A DNA stretch of 64,000 nucleotides from assembly GCA_951406725.2 (NCBI GenBank), contig OX597840.1:2046001-2110000 (forward strand), read 5' to 3'. How positions within the stretch are numbered: position 1 is the stretch's first letter; every line of letters starts with the position of its first letter. The notes under the pieces were generated by a model. That model was not told the origin of the DNA and did not search any database. It saw only the letters and a program-made list of their open reading frames with translations. The DNA is from Octopus vulgaris. Taxonomy: Eukaryota. Position numbers and translations under genes: made by a program. Below are positions 54,809 through 64,000 of the stretch, one piece after another.

Positions 54809-55201
54809 GTATCTATCTATCTCTCTTTCTCTCTACCTATCTCTGTCTCACACTCTCACTCCGCCCTTCTAACTGTATATCTTTTACGTAACCCAGTCTT
54901 TTTTGCACTTATTCGTATATCCATCGCTATAATTATTTGTGTGTATGTATATACGCATGTCCGTGAATAGGTACATGCATACATGTATATGTGCAAATAC
55001 ACACACACATACGTATGTATGCATATATATATATATAAACACACACGCACACACACATACATATATATATATGTATATATAGACAAAAACATGTGTAAGG
55101 CTTTACGTACAAACATATATACAAGTATGAGTATATCTAAGTATATATATATACACAACTATAAACAGAAATACGCATATGCACGTTCTCGCTCTCTTTC
55201 T

Positions 55202-55266
<65 letters not shown>

Positions 55267-55314
55267 AGTATATATATATATATGAATACATATATGTATT
55301 TATATGTATGTATG

Positions 55315-55359
<45 letters not shown>

Positions 55360-55751
55360 GTATGTATGTATGTATATATGTATGTATGTATGTGTGCATG
55401 TATGTATGTATATATATGTATGTATGTATGTATGTATTTATATATATATATATATATATGTGAATAGACATATATATGAGCACGTGTCTGCGTTCCTGTG
55501 CGTTGCTTTATATTCAAAACATACAAACACACATATGCATACAGTAAATACATACAGTACAGACACACACACACAAACACACACACACACACACATAAAG
55601 CACATAAGTAGTAGAAGAGTATACACACACTCATACACATATGTATGCATATAAATATCTACACACATACATGCACACGAACACACACACATATACATAA
55701 ATATACACATACATAAATGTAAATATGCATATATATCTCTTTATATGTATG

Positions 55752-55798
<47 letters not shown>

Positions 55799-57260
55799 GT
55801 ACGTATAAATATATATATAAATATAAATATATATATATAACAATATATATATGTATATATATATATATATGTATATATATTTATGTATATATGCATATAC
55901 ATACATATACTTGTGCTTACATTCACTCATATGTATGTATATATATATTTATATGAATATATATATATATATATACACACACATATATATAAATATATAT
56001 CCTCATATGTATGCGTGTATGTGAGTGTATATATATATATATATATATGTATATATAGATACACACACACACACACACACACACCTATATATAATACGCT
56101 GCCTTTTGTCTCACCAATCACGAAATAAATTATAGAGAAATCTGTACTGCATAATATTGAAACCTAATTTAGTCACCTCACCTTGTAACTAACTCCAGCA
56201 ATCCAACAAAAACGGTGTGTTTTAAGCACCCGTTCTGCTATGTTGAGACTATTAACGACAACTACGATTTGATGACGTAAGAAGATAAGATGCAGAAGGC
56301 TGAACTAATCGATACTACAGTGAAATACATAGAACTTAGAACATATGTAATGCTAAATCTGTCTTGGTTTATTAACACGCTATCTATTCTGTTAAACGTA
56401 TTCCAGTATTCGCTCTCCTTATGTGTTCGTTCTATTCCTCCTGTGGTTTCGACGTTTCCTCTCCGTGACTTTATTTCGCTCTATTTCACAGTCGTTCTTT
56501 CTCGATATATCTTTCTCCTTCTCTTTCTGCCTCTCTCTCTCTTTCCTTCATTCTCTCTGTCTATATGTCTATCTGTCCCTCTGTCTCTCTGTCTTTCTTA
56601 CTATCTGCATGTGTTGATGTGTATAAAGGAATTTACATGTTGCATATATCCTGCTATTTTTTGATATATCTATCCGCCTAAGCAGTACGCTATCTCCTAT
56701 CTCTTTACCTGTTTATCATTCTCTATCTCCCTCTCCCTCACTATATATCAGTGTTTGTGTGCGTGTGTGTATATGTGTATACATATATATATATACATAC
56801 GTACACATATATTCATACAGACACAGACATATGTATATATGTATGTATGTATATATATATATTTTCATACATAATTTTTGCTCTTTGTCTTTATATGTTT
56901 AGGTGTATGTGTGTATCTATTTAGCTGTCTGTCCGTCAGTCGCTCTCCATGTCTCCCTCTTACTTTCCCTCTCTGTCTGTGCGTTTATCTGTTTGTCTTC
57001 CCTTTCAATCTCTCTCTGCCTATCCATCTATTTATCTATCTACCTGTCTACCTATTCTTCTATATGTTTGTACTGTATATGTGAGTGAATGTAAGCACAA
57101 GTATCTATATGTATATGCACATATACATACAAATATATATATATGCCCCAGCATGGCCACAGCTCGTGAGCTGAAACTAGAATCAATCATACATATATAG
57201 ATAGATAGATCGAAAGATATATAGGTATATAGATAGATAGATAGATATATATATAGATAT

Positions 57261-57321
<61 letters not shown>

Positions 57322-57694
57322 AAGATAGATTGATATGCTTGCAGACATACATAAATATACTAATATATAGGCACGTCTCTCCTACTATCAAACTATATCA
57401 CTTTCTATGTTTTTATCTCGTCTCTATCTGCCTATATAACTATCTTTTTGCTTTCATCTTAGCCAAACATCTCTCTGTATATAATGTATATGCCACTGTA
57501 ACAAAGCTCTTTGATTCAATGTATTATATGAGTGAGTGAAACCATGACTCTTTATGTATATATATATATTCTTTCAGAATATTTTTTTTTTATAATAACA
57601 TGTACTGTCTGTACCTTTGACGTGAGTGTAGGTATTAAATGCATATTGCAGTTTTTTTTAGATTTGCTCCTTTTATACATACATTGCTATATAC

Positions 57695-57736
<42 letters not shown>

Positions 57737-57751
57737 GTATTTCTATGCATA

Positions 57752-57829
<78 letters not shown>

Positions 57830-57832
<3 letters not shown>

Positions 57833-57990
57833 TCCCAGATGAACCTACCTTACGACAGGAGACTCAGATGCGGGCAGCGACATCGAACTCCCTTGTTGAC
57901 CAAGTGCCACGTATCAGAGGTGGATTTACATATTAGTGTAGCTTATTCAGCGGTGGTGCCCCAGCATGGCAGCAGCCTTCGGGCTGAAAC
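57830..57990 (+). mobile_element. 5'-truncated LINE 3' end inserted in (TA)n
   Basis: [21 protein letters not shown] matches VPDEPTSRQEVQMRAAASNSL in the 369-751 copy, with the same type of 3' tail. Confidence 0.8.
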
Positions 57991-58126
57991 ATGTATATAA
58001 TATATACAGAGAGAATATATGCATATATCTATACACACATGCTTATATATATACATATATATGTGCCTATATATATATTTACTTGTATATATACATATTT
58101 ATTTGTTTTCATGTAGTTATATATAT

Positions 58127-58540
58127 CTTTACTCCTTTACTCTTTTACTTGTTTCAGTCATTTGACTGCGGCCACGCTGGAGCACCGCCTTTAGTCGAAC
58201 AAATCGATCCCGGGACTTATTCTTTGTAAGCCCAGTACTTATTCTATCGGTCTATTTTGCCGAACCGCTAAGTGACGGGGACGTAAACACACCAGCATCG
58301 GTTTTCAAGCAACGCTAGGGGGACAAACACAGACACACAAATATATACACACACATACATATATATATACATATATACGACAGGCTTCTATCAGTTTCCA
58401 TCTACCAAATCTACTAACAAGACATTGGTCGGCCCGGGGCTATAGCAGAAGACACTTGCCCAAGATGCCACGCAGTGGGACTGAACCCGGAACCATGAGT
58501 TTGGTTAGCAAGCTACTTACCACACAGCCACTCCTGCACC
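58127..58540 (-). mobile_element. full-length SINE family 2
   Basis: Reverse-complement homology to 24350-24762. Confidence 0.9.
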
Positions 58541-58929
58541 TATATATATCTATATATATGTATGTATGTATGTATGTATATAGGCACCTGTTTTAATGGT
58601 TAAAGTGTTGCACTCACGAATGCATGTTCCTAGTTTTCATTCCTAGACTTGGCGACGTATAGTGTTCTTCAGAATAAAACACTTCTTCACGTGGCTCTGC
58701 GATCATTTCGACATCTCACATGCGGCACCCGTTGCCCCTCTACAGGTAATGTCGACCTGGTGGAGGACGTGAGCTTATGTCTACACAAACATTTGATCAC
58801 TGTCAACAAATGGCCTGCGTGGGTCTTCGCTAAGAAATTGTCGAATCCTTATACGTCGTCCAACGACGGGTGAGTCCATCATGTATATATAAAGAGGGAG
58901 AATGAGAGAGGGAGAGACAGAGTGAGACT

Positions 58930-59012
<83 letters not shown>

Positions 59013-59204
59013 CGATAGGTAGGTAGGTAGATATTTATAACAGCACACTGAATATCTTTTAGCATATGTATTTCATTTCTGTCTGCTTGCACGAACTGAG
59101 ACAAAATCTTTGCAAAGAAAATTTAAACGCGATTTCTTTGATCGTGGACATGAAATCTACATTTGCAATGAAGGCAGTTACATTATAATTATCTGAATGT
59201 GTTG

Positions 59205-59266
<62 letters not shown>

Positions 59267-59771
59267 AGAGAGAGAGACAGACAGACAGATAGAGAGAGAC
59301 AGAGGGAGAGAGAGTATCTAATAACAGCTTGATTTTTCTCCATGCGACTTAAAGTTTTGTAGATCCACGACATAAAGTATTGTAGATTTGTCAAACGGAC
59401 CAACGTCGTCAGGCGCGCGGAATCGAATGAATGGTAGTGCAAGATGACTTCTGCCCATTGAGCTACTGTTGGTTAACGCAAGCTCTAGGATTTTACAAAC
59501 TTGGTAGCCGTTAGAAAAATCTTCTGAACATAGGCTAGATCAGGTTATTTTTCGTGAATCTGTCGCGAATCGGATTGCTAACGCTAAAAGTTTTCACATG
59601 TGCGTGCGTTTGCGTGCATGTGTGTGTGTGTATGTGTGTGTGTGCATTTATAGCTAGTATATGGATGTCTTTATCTGATATGCGAATGCATGTGTTACTT
59701 ATTCGACTGTTTGTGCGTGTGTGTGTGCTTGTGTATATGAGCCTTTGTGCAGTGATGACATCAGCTCGTTG

Positions 59772-59840
<69 letters not shown>

Positions 59841-59956
59841 TATATATATATATATATATATATACATACATATATATATATTCCACCTGCCTTCGTCTTT
59901 TGTTTATTTCCGTAAACCTGCCTTCGTCTTTTGTCTATTTTCATAAAGCTTCCCGT

Positions 59957-60134
<178 letters not shown>

Positions 60135-60326
60135 TGCGTTTGTTGTTGAGTGTGTACGTAGTTCTTGAGGATATGTATTTTTGTGGCGTATGGGCATTCA
60201 TCGGGGTACGCTTGTGCCTACTGTGCGATCGTGTATGTGTGTTCGTGTCTGTGTTTGTATTCGTTCATTTTACTTTCCAGTGTGGTTGCTCTACTGAAAG
60301 AGTATTTCTCTCTCTCTCCCTTTCTT

Positions 60327-60361
<35 letters not shown>

Positions 60362-61955
60362 GTATATATATCTAACGTTGTATGTGCGTGTGTGTATATA
60401 TGTTTTATGCGTGTATGTGTGTGCAACTATATCTGTTGTGAGCGAGTGGAACATACGTGCATGAATGCACTTATGTGACTGGTGTGTGTATGTGGTGCTT
60501 ACTATGTTAGTGTGCGAGTGTTTCTTGCCACTATACGATAACAGATCGGGGGATTAACCAGATTTGTTGATGGATTAAGATTTAGCGAATTTAGGTTAAG
60601 GAAATATATATATATATATGTGTGTGTGCATGTGTATGAATGTGTGTACGTGCGTGCCTGTGTGTGTATGTGTGTGTGTTGAAAATATTTGAAGCAGGAT
60701 GAACTGCATAGAGAAGTCTGAGGTGTGTATAGACGCCAGGGGGTTAAGCACCCTGATCTTCTGTATTGGTATCCATGCGTATGTGGCATATGTGCATTAT
60801 TGGCGGCCGGTTATTTGAAGTTCACTAGTATACCCGTGGTGTCAACAATAAGTTCATTCTGTCTGTAGATGGATAATACAAGTTTGGAGAGAATAAGTTG
60901 TGTTTCGCAGATACATATTTACAAGTGCGAAATCTGTCTGAGGATGAGCTCCGTCAATGGTACTGTATTCGATGTTTGGGGAGTCGTTGCGATGATCACG
61001 AATCCTCCGGTGTTCTTTTGTTTATGTACCGCGTAGCCTAGCGGTTCGGCAAAATAACCCGATAGTATAAGTAACAGCCTTTGAAAAAGATGAGTACTTA
61101 GGTCATTTCCTTTCACTAAATCCTTCATGGTGGTGCCCCAGCATGGCTGCCGTTAAACAACCTAAATACGTAGAGTAGAAACGGTATAAGATTATGTATG
61201 TAACATATCACTGCACTTCACACACCTCACGCATATTCATTAATTATATTCTTATCTCACGTCACCCCACCCCTACTCCTCTCACATACCCCTCATAATA
61301 TCATGTCCACCAACTAACATTCCTTTTCCCAATTTTTTCACTTTCTTACACTTCTTTATTTACTCTTTTCGTTTTCATTTTCTTTTCCTATGCTTTCCTT
61401 CTTCTTTTCTCACCCTTTCCTTTGACCTCCGTCTTCATTTTAACGTACACATCTCTTCTTCCTTATATATTCACTTAACACTACCACTACATTCTCAAAT
61501 TTTCATTCACACCGCAAGATCCCTTTGTATGAACAGCACATGAAATCTAGGTCTCCACATTTTCCATTTGCGATGAAAAAATATGAACTCCTTTTAGCAT
61601 TTACATACCACAGACAAGAAGCATTTCTACCACTTCTACACACCACTTTCCTTGGATAATGAACAGAAACGATAACATCTTTATACATTTTTATTTTTAT
61701 TTCTACATTCATTCTCTTATTTCCTTCTATACTCCTTATTTGCTTCTTTTCCCCTAAAAACTCCTTGTATTGAGCTCTAATATTTGCCTCTATCTAGCGA
61801 TCTTACATCGTCTCACTTGAAGGGGTATCAGTAATATCCCAGAAACAGCTGTAAAACTAACTTTCTCTTCATAAATGTCCTGAAGATCCTAGCCTTGGCG
61901 TTCTTTTTCTCATTTTATGTAACACACACACATACACACATATACATACATATAT

Positions 61956-62020
<65 letters not shown>

Positions 62021-62225
62021 CAGACATACACACACACATATATATGTATATATATATTAGAAAGTTTGGAGATGATGTACAGGTATTTTACATTAGAAGA
62101 AATGAAGTACTCAGGAATTCGGATGGTTTTATATTTACAGATATTTATTTGTATATCACATGTTTTTATACATCGTATAACTTATATCATATATCATATA
62201 TTAGCGCTTTCGTCCATTCTGGAGG

Positions 62226-62324
<99 letters not shown>

Positions 62325-63553
62325 TGTATGTATGTATGTGTGTATATATGCATGTATATATGCACAAACACAAGGCATGTATGTGTTTATGTATCTGTAA
62401 AAGTGTTTGACTGAGTTGACTGACTGTGGAGAGAAAAATATTTTAAGGTCATGAATTCGACTCCTTGTGTAGATGGGCAGACACTTATTCTAGGATCTTC
62501 GTAATGTGACACGCCAATGTGGCCACTGGATGTTGAGCACTATGAAAATAATGATGTGATTTACATGCATGTGAATATACATACATATAAGTGTAATAAA
62601 CATATATATATATACATGCATATTTATTTATACAAATATATATATGCGTGTGTCTGTGTTTATATGTATATATATATATATATATATATCCATATTCATT
62701 CACACATGCACACATATATATTTGCATGTATGTATAACGCCATGAGCAATATGTTTAATAAGAATGCATTTAATCTCGATGTTTATTAAACATATCGTAT
62801 AATGAATGATTTCAGTCATACATTTATTCATAGCAGCATCGAATTAGCGCCTCTTTGCTCTCTATATGCCTATATATGCATGTATATAACATGCAGATTA
62901 CTTACGTAGGAGCCGTATATTATGACTATATTAAGCGGAGAACAATCCCTCTTATCGATATTGCTGGATTCTTCGTGTATACACATTATGGACTCACCAG
63001 ACAGAAACATTCATACAAATAATGGTAATTATTTGGATGAATCTGTAAAGAGATTATCTAAATTCTTGAATGGCAATGCAGCGGAATATATTAATGTACA
63101 TAAATGAATATATTGTGCTGTATAAACACAAGAGCTTGCTTTCATAGCGAAATTAAATCTCTGTTTATTAAACATATCAATATGGCTCCCCATGTTATAT
63201 AAATGTATTCCTATCTCATCGCTGATTGATATCGTGCTTATTAATGCCTGATCGTTAACCTTGTTCCATTACGCTAATTTTGTTACGCCTGGCAAAAAAT
63301 GTTGTTTATATTTTTATAAATGCGTCGCATCGACTGATTTTGCGTAGCTGTGTAGTTTTTTTTTTCGACGCAGTGTTTGCAGATTCCTGACGAGAATTTA
63401 ATGCGTGACGAAACTAAAGCTAGTCGGCTTGCCCTTCATTATATTCCCTTATAGATAATATTGCTTAACACTCTGTGTTCTGGCTACACAACGAGACAAT
63501 TTGTAAGATATTTCTGTGTACGTGGCCTTTTAGTTTTATAAGTAAGTGACAAT

Positions 63554-63805
63554 CGCGCAGGAGTGACTGTGTGGTAAGTAGCTCGCTTACCAACCACATG
63601 GTTCCGGGTTCAGTCCCACTATGTTGCACCTTGGGCAAGTGTCTTCAACTATAGCTTCGTGTCGACCAAAGCCTTGTGAGTGGATTTGGTAGAAGGAAAC
63701 TGAAAGAAGCCCGTCGTATATATGTATATGTATAATATATATATATATATATGCGTGTGTGTGTTTGGGTGTCTGTGTTTGTCCCCCTAGCATTGCTTGA
63801 CAACC
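63554..63805 (+). mobile_element. SINE family 2, 5' part
   Basis: GCGCAGGAGTGACTGTGTGGTAAGTAGC head, interrupted by a family 3 SINE. Confidence 0.85.
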
Positions 63806-64000
63806 TATTTCTTTACTACCCACAAGGGGCTAAACACAGAGGGGATAAACAAGGACAGACAAACGGATTAAGTCGATTACACTGACCCCAGTGTGTAACT
63901 GGTACTTAATTTATCGACCCCGAAAGGATGAAAGGCAAAGTCGACTTCGGCGGAATTTGAACTCACAACGTTGCGCCAGACGAAATACTGCTAAGAATTT
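63806..64000 (-). mobile_element. SINE family 3 (runs off the window)
   Basis: Homologous to 36645-36873. Confidence 0.85.

Overview
AT-rich eukaryotic DNA saturated with microsatellites ((TA)n, (TG)n, (TATG)n, (TAGA)n). The SINE families present suggest a cephalopod, probably Octopus (inference). Most of the long I/Y/C/V/H/T ORFs in the supplied track are translated microsatellites. Real content: (1) a multi-exon orphan gene on + (5976-~15490), built largely from 48/63-nt phase-1 micro-exons, with degraded paralog pieces near 25.2 and 30.0 kb. (2) A 5-kb tandem array of 33 x 153-bp units derived from a tRNA-type SINE head, each with Pol III A/B boxes (16368-21392). (3) Many SINEs, LINE fragments (CR1/L2-like, RTE, R4/Dong-like), two non-autonomous Helitrons and a Tc1 relic. 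(4) The most striking signal: about 20 minimal type-I hammerhead-ribozyme-like motifs in at least 7-8 sequence families. They follow stemI-CYGNNGA-stemII-GAAA-(mostly palindromic) stemIII-UH-stemI' and sit in short elements mostly inserted into (TA)n tracts. They include a 354-nt tandem retrozyme-like pair and one motif downstream of a possible Penelope GIY-YIG remnant. All structures were read by eye, with no folding or database search, so element boundaries are approximate.
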